A stretch of DNA of 64,000 nt from the human T2T-CHM13v2.0 reference genome, Homo sapiens, in assembly GCF_009914755.1 (NCBI RefSeq), contig NC_060925.1. One strand, given 5' to 3'. Shown in pieces: positions 26,090-47,470 of the stretch (positions are counted from its first letter, which is position 1; every line of letters starts with the position of its first letter). The notes under the pieces are model-generated. The model made no database searches and was not told the DNA's origin. It worked only from the letters and a program-made list of their open reading frames with translations. A program made the translations under genes and the position numbers.

Positions 26090-26381
26090 TTTTCTTTTTT
26101 TGAGGTAGGTCTCACTTTGTGGCCCGGCTGGAGTGCAGCAGTGTGATCACAACTCAGTTCAGCCTAGATCTCCAGGGTTCAAGTGATCCTCCCACCTCAA
26201 CCTCCCGAGTAGCTGAGACCACAGGTGTGCATCACTGCACCCAGCTAATTTTCATTTATTTTTTGACAGATGGGTCTCACTATGTTGCCCAGGCTGGTCT
26301 TGAGCTCCTGGGCTCAAGTGATCCTCATGCCTCAGCCTCCCAAAGTGCTGGGATTACAGGTGTGAGCCATCTCACCTTGTC
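26090..26381 (-). mobile_element. AluJ (Jo-like)
   Basis: 'ggtctcactatgttgcccaggctggtcttgagctcctgggctcaagtgatcctc'; dimeric structure. Confidence 0.92.
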
Positions 26382-26483
26382 ATTACTTATTTTTGACTCA
26401 TAAAATTACCAAAAAATATCTAAGTATCACACTTAATAACAGTCATCATTGTCTTCTGAAACTTTTACTGTAGTCTTCATACA

Positions 26484-26522
26484 TGTGTATGTGTGTGTGT
26501 GTGTCCGTGTGTGTGTGCATGT
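26484..26522. repeat. (TG)n microsatellite, interrupted
   Basis: tgtgtatgtgtgtgtgtgtgtccgtgtgtgtgtgcatgt. Confidence 0.85.
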
Positions 26523-27281
26523 ACTGAAATTTGTTGTAAACTGTATTACTCACAGTAAAAAGACTTTGAAAGCTTCAGTATTATATTATGGTTTTTCTAC
26601 ATCATATTAACTCCTTGTGGGTAGGGACTCTGTTTTGCTCCCTATTGTAACCCAAGTACATAGTTGAAGTTAACAAATATTTTTTCTAGATATGAATATG
26701 GTGGCTATTTTATAATCAAAGTATCATTCTATTATTAAATCAGTGGGTAGGGGCAGGGTTTCACTTGAATGGTGAAGTGGCAGATACGAAATATATCTTC
26801 CAACTAGGAGGTGAAAGTGGAGAAAAAGCCCAGGAGTGCAGTGCACTAAGGTTTACTTCTCATGGTACTGATCTTGAAGAAACTGAAGGTTTCACAGCGA
26901 GGTCCTGAACTGGGGAATTCACTTGCCTGCATCCTTCATTTGGAGGCAGGCTTCTGGCTAAGCAGTATAAAATCAAGGTAGGGAAATGTAAAGAGCTGCT
27001 GGCCGTATGGGGATAGAACATAAATATTGCCAGACAGTAGCAAACAAGGCAGGTCTTGACAGTCCTGAGAGCAAAACTCCTATACTTTATTAACTGATTT
27101 ATATTTCTGTAATTCTTCTATTTTCCATGCTCATTGTTATTTTTCTATTGCACTTTGTCCATCGTTGGAAATTTCCAGTATTTCAATTCTGTCCTAGCAG
27201 GCAAAGGAAGGGAAGGAAGAAATTGTTGTTCCCATTGTTAGTTGGTTCTCAAAATAGCATTAATTGTTTCTTTTTCTATTT

Positions 27282-27530
27282 GTTAACCATGTTCTTTGTA
27301 AAAAATTTAGTAAATTTGGAAAAATATGAAGAAGAAATAAAAATTACTTGAATCTCCACAGCCAGACAACACTACTGTTAACATGTTGGCATATATATTT
27401 CTATTTTATTTTTATGAACTTGTGTGAAAATATTTTTTAGTGTGGTCATACTCTACATATAGTTTATATCACATTTTTTTCTTTTAATTTTGACTTTCAA
27501 GCATTTTCCTTTGACTTTAAACAGTCTTTT
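27282..27530 (-). mobile_element. Ancient L1ME/L1MC 3' fragment (host of the L1PA7; appears to resume at ~33358-33450)
   Basis: 'aaatttggaaaaatatgaagaagaaataaaaattac...ccacagccagacaacactactgttaacatgttggcatat'. Confidence 0.6.
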
Positions 27531-27545
27531 AAAAATATTTTTATA

Positions 27546-33346
<5,801 letters not shown>

Positions 33347-33499
33347 TTATTTTAATAATTTGTCTACTGTTCTATTATATGGTTGTATGACTTTTTTTCA
33401 ATAAATTTTCTTATGTTTAACACATATTGCTTTTGACTGTAAGGGAGAGGATTTTATCAATCTTTATTCTATTCACTCTTACAATTTTCCAGATGGATA

Positions 33500-33825
33500 C
33501 TTCATACTTCTTCTCTCTCCTGAAACCTCAACCTGTCCATCATCCTCATTCTCAGCTGATGACTTTGCTTCATATTTCATCAAAAATATAGACATTATCA
33601 GAAAAGAATTTCTACAATATGTATTCATTTCTTTATTGGCATCTATCTGCTTTTTGCCTGTTAATATAGAACTTTGTTCTTACTTGTTCAGACTCATCCC
33701 TCTACTTGTGCACAAGATCGCATCCTCTCTTGCCTACTCCAGGTTATCACTGTGGCAATTCTCCACTGACTTTTCCACAGTGTACATTTTTTTCCCTCTC
33801 TCCTGAATCATTTACATCTTGCTTA
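33500..33825 (+). mobile_element. L2 fragment
   Basis: 'ctcattctcagctgatgactttgcttcatatttcatcaaaaatatagacattatcagaaaagaa'. Confidence 0.7.
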
Positions 33826-33940
33826 ATTAGAAAAAAATCTGTGAAATGTAATTATTTATATTTTACAGACATGTAAGTGAAGACTAAGTGAATGCTAGAT
33901 TGTAACCTCATCCTGACTTTATTACTATCTCTTTCTCCCT

Positions 33941-34345
33941 TGCATCTGTCAGCTTTTGCTGCATAATAAGCATTTCCACAATATAGAGACTTGAAACAAC
34001 ATTCATTTATGCAGTTCATGATTCTGTGGAATTCACTGAGCATGTCTCCTCTCTAGGTGAGCTCAGCTGTTTTCTTATAGGCTCCATGCTACATCTGCTG
34101 TCATTAGCAGGCCAGATGGTAAGTGTATAATTCAAAATGACACCACATGTGTGTTTGCCTGCCCTTTGGTTCTTCTTTACAAGCTTCCTTCTCCCCAGCA
34201 GGCTAGCTTGGGCTTTTTCATATGGTGATGGTCTCAGGGTTCTAAGCATAGCAAGAAAAGGCAAGCTCCAATACACAAGGGCTTTTCATACCTCTGCTTG
34301 TTCATATTGCCTAATGTACTATTGACCAAAATAAGCCACATTTTA
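33941..34345 (-). mobile_element. MLT1 (H-like) MaLR LTR
   Basis: 'gtcagcttttgctgcataataagc...aaacaacattcatttat...catgattctgtgg...ccagcaggctagcttgggcttttt'. Confidence 0.75.
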
Positions 34346-35424
34346 AGAAGTCTGTTGTATGGAGAAACATAACTAAAAATAGGTGAAGGAAAGGGAGAGG
34401 AAAAGACTCTGACGCCTTCTACATTTACAAAACTTCAAATTTAGCAGCATCATTACTTTGGTAATACCCTCACAGATGTTACAAAATGTTTTAATATGTA
34501 CTAGTTATGTTGAATATTAATTTTTTTATCCTCCTGAACTGTAGGGCTGAATGGAAATAAGCATTTGACTACAGATGCATAAATGAACCCAGTAGAAAAC
34601 AACCAAGGTCTCAATAGGAGCTATGACCTATTATTGTTAATATCAGCATAGGAAGGTATCTAGAACATCAATCATAATATCATCTACTGAACTTAGGAAG
34701 AATAGCCTCACAAGTACTGGTGACAACTGGTTTCCCAGAACAGGAGTTAAGAATTGATGATATAGAATTTTAAAAATAAATGTAATTGACTATATAACAT
34801 CAGCATTATGGGAGTAGGTAATATATCTCAATCCTACTTCAAGTTAGGTTTTGTTCAAGGCTCATATAAACAAAAATCTTCCTTCTCCTAATTAGTCAAT
34901 TACGTAAAGCCTCCTTACTAATTTAGTGGAGAATGAAGTTTAGGCAAGGAAAGAGGCAGTAGAGCTTATCTCCAGTGATACTGTTTAATAAAAAAGTAAA
35001 AAAATAAAAATAAAAAAAGAAAAAAAAAGCCTGTAACAGTACATAATCTTGGATATTAAAAAAGAGTTGGTGGGGGGAAACAGATGGTAAAGAATTTGTA
35101 AGGGGGTGAGGAGTTTGGGAGCTAGAATTAGGGCTCAACGTACGAAAACAGACAGCATTAAAAGGTAAGGGCAAAGAGTGGCATTATCTGAACGGTAGAT
35201 TCAAGCTAGGGTGGGAAACTTATGTCAGAAGAGGGACAGGGTAGAAGTTTATTACTTATAATCCTTCAACTAGGGCAGAAAACTGGAGAGAGCTAGGGCT
35301 TTAGGATAATATTCAAATTCTTGCTTACATAATTCATTTTCTTCTGCCCCATTATGAATATCTAACCAGCCAGGGGCCTTCATATCATTTCATGAAAGTC
35401 ACCCAGACTCTGAAGTGAGAGGTG

Positions 35425-35612
35425 CTGAATAATACACTGAAAAGTGCTTGGATTTTAAAGTCAGATGGGCCTGGGTTTGAATCTACTTTCTACCACTTAC
35501 ATTTGTGTGACCTTGGGGAATGAATGCTTCTCTGAGCCTATTCCCTTTTCTGTAAAATAGAAATAGTGATACACACTTAGCTGGATGTTTCTGAGAATTA
35601 AAGAAGAATATA
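35425..35612 (+). mobile_element. MIR (interrupted by AluY)
   Basis: 'agtcagatgggcctgggtttgaatc...tgtgtgaccttgggg...ctctgagcct...ctgtaaaatag'. Confidence 0.8.
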
Positions 35613-35614
35613 TA

Positions 35615-35958
<344 letters not shown>

Positions 35959-35979
35959 TTAATATTGCCAGATAATGTG

Positions 35980-36090
35980 GGTCCAACTACTGTCTTAGTT
36001 ACCTATGTTGTAACTTGGATAAGTTACTAATGTCCTTGGACCTCAGTTTCCTTTTCTGCAAAATAAGAATATTCTTAATTTGTGAGGTTC
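35980..36090 (+). mobile_element. MIR core fragment
   Basis: 'gtaacttggataagttactaatgtccttggacctcagtttccttttctgcaaaat'. Confidence 0.7.
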
Positions 36091-37738
36091 AGAGAGTCCC
36101 CAAAATCTTATTAAATTGTCTGTAAATATTCTAAGTAGGGTCTACAGCACATATTTTTCCTGTGCCCTTGAGGAAGCTGGAAGTCAGTTATTACTACGTC
36201 TGTCCTTTCCTTAGATAGTGGTGAATAATTCTACTTGAAGCTAACTGTGGCTTTTGAACTGTGGGTGAAGAAGGTGAGATGTGTACAGCTGAAATATATT
36301 CCTCATGTACAGTACCTGCCCCTTGTGGAAAGTCTAGCATATTTTGCACAGATGTCTCTTTGTTTCTGAACAGAAAACTAATTGCTTTTCTTGTTTCAGT
36401 CTGAGAAGTTTTCCTATATTGCTTCACAAATAACAGGAGACATTTCTCAAACTTTACAAAGCTCTTCCCCAATGGGCCTCTCTAATCAGATGCCCCTCGA
36501 GTGCCCCACATCACAGGAGGCAACCTTCATCTTGTAAGCTGAAAAATCACCTTTTTACAGTTATTTTATGATTATTATTACTAATTATTTTCACTCGCAC
36601 ACAAATCTGACTGTGAGAGGAGGCATGATTAAGGAGAAAATGCTTTTCAGCCTTCTTGCTAAAATTAGAAATCTTTGTTGTTGCTCATAAATGATGAGTC
36701 CAGGGATGGTAAAATGTGCTAAACTGAGAGCCCAGGAGTCAGAATACACTTCCCATAGGACATGTACCTCAAAAGCAGCAGCTACCTGCCAGGCCTAGCT
36801 TCCCTGGTGCCCCTGCTATTGTTTCCCTAGTAACCAGGCAGAGTGTGGAATATCCCTGAAAGTCCTGCACAGTTACTACGGAAACTCCAGGGCTTTCCTA
36901 ATTAGATCCAAGTTGAGCTGTAGCTGGTGGGGATGGGCAGACTTGCTTCCTATGGGAAAACCCTCCTTGAAAGGCAAACCAGAGCACCCTTTATCCATTC
37001 ACATTTTGCCTCTTACCCTGGTGAATTTATGCACACTTGATTTGCCTCATTCTGTGGATGAACAGCACTGGGCCTTGGGGCATTGAAACAGTCTTCAAAA
37101 CCCTTGGTGTAAAACAGAGTCTCATAGATGGAGGCTGTGTAGCTTCCCAGATGTTCTGGGACAGGCTTGGTTTCAAATAGTCTGTCCCTTGTCTCCATGG
37201 GCATAGATATATTTGACAGTTTATTGTGAGGCCAGATTTTCATTTGTTATTAGAAATGGCAACAATATGGTGATTTTTAGAGAGCTAGTTGGCTGGTGGG
37301 AGATAAAGTTTGGTTGGAAACTATTTGCTCATGCCCTCCAATTACAACCAGAGGTGGGTGAAAACTTGTTCTTTGTAAGAGGTCAACCACCTCTTTACGA
37401 TAGAACCTATTCATCAACACCATAGAGACTCAGCTTTCTTAAGTGATCAACTTAGACTGAATGTGTGATCAATGGAACCACTTTCTCGCTAATACCTTCA
37501 ACTCTTTTGTGCCAATTTTCTTCCTTTGTCCCAACTCAGAAAACACCAAACTCCCATCCATCATGTAAACTCTGCCCCTTTAATTTGATAAGCAACACTG
37601 CAACAAACAAACAGAAAACAAAAAACAAAAAAATACAATCGTGTTGTTTGGGGCCACAAACAACCCACAATCTCCAAGCTTACACCTGGCCTTTGCTCAC
37701 TCGTCTTTGATCATTCTTTATCCCCATTTTCCTAGTGA

Positions 37739-38123
<385 letters not shown>

Positions 38124-38156
38124 CAGCAGATGAACTCTTATACAACTTCACCACAG

Positions 38157-41068
38157 TAAACCAACCCCAAAGTTAGACTACAAAAAGAACCAAAATCAGA
38201 GCTGAACTGAAGAAAATTGAAATGTGAAAATCCACTCAAAAGATCAAGGAAACCAAAAGTTGGTTATATGAAAGATTAAATACAATTAATAAACTACTAG
38301 CTAGATGAAAAAAGAAAAAACAGAAGATCCAAATAATCAGAAACAACAAAGGTGACATTACAACCGACCCCACAGAAATAAAAAAATCCTCACAGACTAT
38401 TATGAATACCTCTATGCACACAAACTAAAAAACCTAGAAAAATTTGATAAATCCTGGGAACACACAGCCCCCCAGGACTGAACCAGGAAGAAATTAAAAT
38501 CCTGAACAGGCTAATAACGAGTTCCAGAATTGAATTAGTAATAAAAAACCTACCAACCAAAAAAAGCCCTGGACCAAATGGATTCACAGCTGAGTTCTAC
38601 CAGATGTACAAAACAAAGCTAGTACCAATCCTACTGAAATTATTCCAAAAAATTGAGGAGAGACTCCTCCCTTACTCATTCTCCAAGACCAGCATCTTTC
38701 TGATAACAAAGCCTGGCAGAGACATGACAAAAAAAGGAAACTTCAGGCCAACAACTCTGATTAACATAGATGCAAATATCTTCAACAAAATACTAGCAAA
38801 CCAAATCCAGCAGCACATCAAAAAGCTAATCTACCATGATCAGGTAGGCTTTATTCTTGGGATGAAAGGTTTGCTTAACATATGAAAATCAATAAATGTG
38901 ATTCACCACATAAACAGAATTAACAACACAAACCACATGATCATCTCAAAAGACACAGAAAAGGCCTCTGATAAAATTCAATGCCCTTTCATAGTAAAAA
39001 CTCTCTACAAATCAGGCATCAAAGGAACATACCTCAAAATAATAAGAGCCATTTATGACAAACCCACAGCCAACATCATATTGAATGGACAAAAGCTGGA
39101 AACATTTCTCTTGAGAACTGGAACAAGACAAGGATGCTAACTCTCATCACTCCTACTGAACATAGTACTGGAAGTCTTAGCCAGAGTAATCAGGCAAGAG
39201 AAAAATATAAAAAGCATCCAAATAGGAAGAGAGGAAGCCAAACTATCTCTCTTTGCAGACAATATGATTTTATACCTAGAAAACTCCATAGACACCATTA
39301 GAAGGCTTCTACAACTGATAACTTCAGTAAAGTTTCAGTACACAAAATCAATGTACAAAAATCAGTAGCATTTCTGTATATGAATAACATCCAAGCTCAG
39401 AGCCAAATCAAGAATGCAATCCTATTTACAATAGCCACAATAATAATAAAACACCTAGGAACACAGCCTACCAAGGAGGCAAATGATCTCTACAACAAGA
39501 ATTATAAGACAATGCTGAAGGAAAACAAAGATGACACAAACAAATGCAGAAATATTTTATGCTCATTAATGGGAAGAATTAATATTGTTAAAATGGCCAC
39601 ACTACCCAAAGCAATTTACAGATTCAATGCTATTCTTATCAAACTATCAACATCATTTTTCACAGAATTAGAAAATACTATTCTAAAGTTCATATGGAAT
39701 AAATAACCTGAATTGCCAGAAAAAAAAATCTACTCAAAAAGAATCAAGCCAGAGGTATCACACTACCTAACTTCAAACTATACTACAAGGCTATAGTAAC
39801 CAAAACAGCATGGTACTGGCACAAAAACAGACACATAGACCAATGGAACGGATAGAGGACCCAGAAATAAAGTCACACACTTACAACCACCTTATCTTTG
39901 ACAAAGTTGACAATAAAAAATAATGAAGGAAGCACTCCCTATTCAATAAACGGTGCTGGGAAAATGGCTAGACATCTGCAGAAGATTGAAACTGGACTGC
40001 TTCTTTTCACCATATACAAAAATTAACTCAAAATGGATTAAAGACTTGAAACAATAAAAACTCTAGAAGAAAACCTAGGAAATACTATTCCAGACATTGG
40101 CCTTGGCAAAGAATTTATGACTGAGTCCTCAAAAGCAATGCAACAAAAACAAAAATTGGTAAGTAGGACCTAATTAAACTCACGAGCTTCTGCACAGCAA
40201 AACAACAACAACAACAAAAACAAACAAACAAACAAAAAACTATCAACAGAGTAAACTGACAACCTACAGAATGGGAGAAAATATTTACAAACTATGCATC
40301 TGACACAGGTCTGATATCCAGAATCCATAAGGAACTTAAATCAGCAAGCAGAAAGCAAATAAACTTATTATAAAATGAGCTAAGGACATGAACAGACACT
40401 TCTCAAAATAAGACATACGTGTGGCCAACAAATATATGAAATATACTCAGAATCACAAATCATTAGAGAAATGCAAACCAAAACCACAAAATAAGATACC
40501 ACATCACACCAGTCAGAATGGCTATTATTGAAAAGTCAAAAAGCAACAGATGCTGGTGAGGTTGCGGAGAAAAGGGAACACTTATACATTGTTGATGGGA
40601 ATGTACATTATTTCAGCCACTGTGGAAAGCACTGTGGAGATTTCTCAAAGAACTTAAAACAGATCTACTATTTGACCTGGCAGTCCCACTATTGGGTATA
40701 TATCCAAAGGAAAATAAATCATTCTACCAAAAAGACACATGCACTTACATGTTCATTGCAGCACTATTCACAATAGCATAGACATAGAATCAACAAAGAT
40801 GCCCATCACCAGTGGACTAGATAAAGAACATATGGTACATATATATCATAGTATGCTACACAGCTATAAAAAGAATGGAATCATGCCCTTTTCAGCAACG
40901 TGGATGTAGTGGGAGGCCATCATTCTAAGCCCATTAATGCAGGAACACAAAACCAAATACCACATGTTCTCACTTATAAGTGAGAGCTAAACATTGAGTA
41001 CACATGGACACAAAGAAGAGGACAATAGAAACTGGGGACTGCCTGGGAGAGAGGGTTTGAAGGGAAGA
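38157..41068 (+). mobile_element. L1PA15/16-like LINE-1, truncated at both ends
   Basis: ORF2 fragments (38604-38885, 38898-39140, 39380-39706); 3' region 'gaaaataaatcattctaccaaaaagacacatgcact...gagtacacatggacacaaagaag'; ends before the poly(A). Confidence 0.9.
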
Positions 41069-41506
41069 CGTTTTAAGACACCTGAAATGAACATCTTTGA
41101 CTTCTGAACAGCTCCTTAAAAATTATCTAAATAAGAATTCCTACTTACTCCCTCCATTCTTATCTGCATTTTAAAACAAGGTGTTCCAATCTTATAAAGC
41201 TCTTCCTCTACCTACATATGGACATGATTATTGCCCACTATGTCATATCTTCAACCGGTCCTTTGATACTGGCTCTATTACTTCAGAATATTAACATGTT
41301 CAGAAACAATGTTAATATAAAACAAAACCTCACATATCTTAGCTACCACATTATTTATCTCCTTTCTCTTGGTCTAGAATCTTAAAAGAATAATATATTT
41401 ATTAATACATTTATTAAATCCCTACTCTGTACTATTCTGGGTACTAGATTATACGGGTGAATAAAACAAAAAAATTCCACTCTTCATGGTGGTTGCATTT
41501 TAGTAA

Positions 41507-43985
<2,479 letters not shown>

Positions 43986-44069
43986 ATAATAATAAATAAA
44001 TAAATAATATGGTGTGTTACAGCATGGTAAGTGCTATGGTGAAAATGTAAAGCCAGAGAAGAAATCATA

Positions 44070-45810
44070 AAAAGTAAAATTTAAAAAGAAAAACATACAA
44101 TTTACAATGATAACAAAAATATTAAACGCTTAGAAATAATTATAATAGGATATGCAAGACCCCTACAGGGAAAACTATAAAATATTACTAAGAAAAATAA
44201 ATAAATGTATACACCAAGTTCATGTATTAAAAATTTCCATAGTATCAAGACATATTTCACTACGCAGCCATAAAAAAGAATGAGATCATGTCCTTTGCTA
44301 GAACATGGACAGAGGTGGAGGCCATTATCCTTAGCAAACTAACACAAGAACAGAAAACCAAATACCACGTGTTCTCCCTTATAAGTGGGAGCTAAGTGAA
44401 GAAAACACGTGGACACATAGAGGGGAACAACACACACTGGGGCCTATCATAGGGTGGAGAGTGAGAAGAGGGAGAGAATCGGGAAAAATAACTAATGGGT
44501 ACTAGGCTTAACACCTGGGTGATGAAATAAGCTGTACAACAAACCCCTATGACTCAAGTTTAGGCAAGTAACAAACCTGCACATGGACCCCTGAACTTAA
44601 AAGTTAAGATAAAAAGATGTCGTTCCTCTTTAAGTTTATACATTCAGTGCCATCTTAATCAATTTCTAATTTAAAATAGATACGACCTCAAATAGACAAG
44701 ACAATCACGAAAAGGAACGAAGTGTGAGAATTTGTAGTAATAAAGACAGTGTGGTATTGTCAAAAGGATAAACAAATAAACCAATGAAACTGAGAGTCCA
44801 GATACATATTCATACATACTCATTTTATTTATAAGAAAAATTTCACTGCATAGTATTGGGGAAGCCTGAGTGTTTCAATCACCGTTGCAAGGCCAACTTG
44901 TTTTATAGTTTTATATCTATATAAATATATAAACACATATTAATATACATTTTTAGATTTTATATACATATATACACATGCAACATGTATATGTACGCAT
45001 ATAATATACATAGATAATATTTTTACCTATGCATGTTTGTGTATACATATAGATGGAAAGAGGGAGCGAGAAAGAGAAACCTTGACCTAACTCACCTAAC
45101 TTCACCACACTGAAGATATTAGAAAAAAAGATTTCTTTAATAACACAATTAGCACTTACAACAAAGAAAAATATTTATAAATTGGACTATTTTAAAACTG
45201 GAAATTTCTGTTAATTCAAGAACAAGAGAGTAAAAGGGAACTAAGTACTCATATCTACAATAATAAACATAACTCTTAATGTGAATAAGAAAGACAGATA
45301 ATTTTTAAATAGTCAAAAAACTTGAACAGCCCTTCATGAAATATGGTATCTGAATGACCATTAAATATATTTAAAAGTTTCTAACATAATTAGTAATTAA
45401 AGAAATGTATAGTGAAGTACCATTACACATCCATCAAAAAGACTGCTGATACCAAGTGTTGGTGAGAATCTGAAACAATTATATTATTCATACAGAAGTT
45501 GCTAGGAGTGTAGATTCTTCTCTGTAAACTGGCAGAATCTACTAAACTTGCACTTAAAAGTACCCTACGATATGAAACTATATATAAGTGAACTTGTATA
45601 TGTATATATATTCAAATTTCATTTGAGACTATATACAACTAAACTGTATGGTAATGCATACCAAAAACTTGCATAAGAATATTTCTGGCAACATTATTCA
45701 TAATAGCCAGACCCAGAAACAATCCAAATATCTATCAACAATAGAGCAGATCAATATTGTGGTGCATTCATGCCCTGGAATACTATACAGCCAAAGCACG
45801 GTGGGAAGAG
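44070..45810 (+). mobile_element. Ancient L1M(E/D) ORF2 3' fragments with a TA-rich tract at ~44910-45050
   Basis: Degenerate ORF2 motifs ('agacagtgtggtattgtcaaaagg', 'gataccaagtgttggtgagaat', 'cattattcataatagccagacccagaaacaatcc'). Confidence 0.7.
44259..44615 (+). mobile_element. L1PA13-like 3' fragment nested in the old L1
   Basis: 'ggaaaaataactaatgggtactaggcttaacacctgggtgatgaaataa...cccctgaacttaaaagtt'. Confidence 0.88.
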
Positions 45811-46414
45811 CTTGTCTGGAGTGCTGAGAAGCAAACCGACTAGAGAAGAGGGAGCAGTGAAGGGAGACAAATGGAAATAAACTTAAGGAGGCCCTGAGGG
45901 TGGTATGGAGGCAGGTAGGCTGCCATGCAAGCCACTGAAAGGCCTTGGTATTTATACCAAAAATAATAGGAAAGTGGAGGATTGTGAGCAAAGTTGAGTT
46001 GGTTTTACTCCTTTTTTAATGGTATTACTCTTGAGATTGTACTGAGGGTAGAATGTAAAAAGGCAAGTGTGGAAGTGAGAAGGTGACTTTGTAATGGAGA
46101 CAGTGCAAATGATTACATTTTAGTGGAGATGTACCTAATGAGATTTGCAGATTCATTTTTTAAGTTTGAGAGAAAGGGAGATTCAAAGATGAGGCCAAGA
46201 TTTTTGGTCTAAGCAACTGAAAGAGTTGGATTAATGTAAACGTGGATGACTGAAGGAGGAACCAGTTTAAAGGGCATCATTAAGAGTGCTGGTTAGGGCA
46301 TGTTAAGTTTGAGATGAATATTAGACACAGAGCCTCTATTTGTATTTCTTATTTTCCATTCATTTCCCTATGATCATAATCTAAGAAAAGTCAGTATATA
46401 AGAAAAGTCAGTAG

Positions 46415-47470
46415 ATTGGTCATGAATGGCCTCCATATTGTCAAACGTTCATCAAGCATTTTTCAGGCTTTTTCAGACTGGATCTTTCTGCAATATCTGG
46501 TAGTATTGGCAGCTTGCTCATTCCAAAACATCCTATTTATTTGTTGTTAGTGACGACATTGCCTTATAGTTTTCCACCCACTCTTCTCATCTGTCCTTTT
46601 CAACCTCTTTTATATCCTTCTCTGTGGCCTCCCCTTTAAAAGTGGCTCCTTAAAAGTCTAAGTTTAGCCCTCTGTTCTTCTGCATATATTCTAGTGATGA
46701 CCTCCTCAATTTATCTGGTTTAATTACAACTATGTTTATCATTACCAAACATGTATTTTTGCTAGACAGCTACTCAAATTTCAAAATTATACATTTTATT
46801 TCCTCTTGAATGTGTCACTGGATGTCCTTCTAAGCACTACACACATACCAATTCAAAACTAAACATTTTTTTCCATTCCACACTGACTTTCAAGTCCTCC
46901 TATATTCTGTGTCTTGGTGGACCATTAGTTAATACAGAAATCAAGAAGTCATCTGAGATTTCTCCTTATCCATTACCCACTCATCCCTAATGACTAACTG
47001 CTGCTAGTTTTACCTCTTAAATACTTCCCAAGTTCAGCCCCTTCATCTCCAGCTTTACTTGTGCTTCCCTGGCAAGTATATCATGTTATTTATGTTGAAC
47101 TAATGAAATTATTTTATTGGTCCTTCTGTCTATGTCTTACCATCTTAGAATTCAACCTTCATACTGTAACTGAATGCTGGTCTAAAATTTGTAAACTTGT
47201 CATTTATCTGAGTAAAATCTTTCAATGGCTCTTTACCACTTATAGAATAAAGCACAAGAATTTTAGCTTGCCACTTAAGACCCTCTATAATTTTGTGCCT
47301 ATTTATTCCCCAATAGCCTTTGAATTTTAAATTATTTCAAACTTCTTGGAGCTCTTTGTGAACTGCTTTTTTACTACCTTCTTTTATAAATGCAGGTTTG
47401 AAAATATTTTTGTCCTTTTTAATGCACTATTCACTGAATAATTTCTTTTTACTATTCTTTAGGACTCCAA
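46415..47470 (+). mobile_element. L2 (L2c-like) fragment; 3' end possibly displaced to ~58960-59116
   Basis: 'ctggatgtccttctaagcac...cagaaatcaagaagtcatctgagatttctcc...aaatcttttcaatggctc'; L2-like terminus 'aaatatttgttaaactaaattgaatg' at ~59091-59116. Confidence 0.6.

Noticed and set aside
44247-44625. TSD for the L1PA13 fragment (aagacatatttc vs aagatgtcgttc)
   Set aside because: Only 8/12 identity; plausible through CpG decay but too weak to assert.
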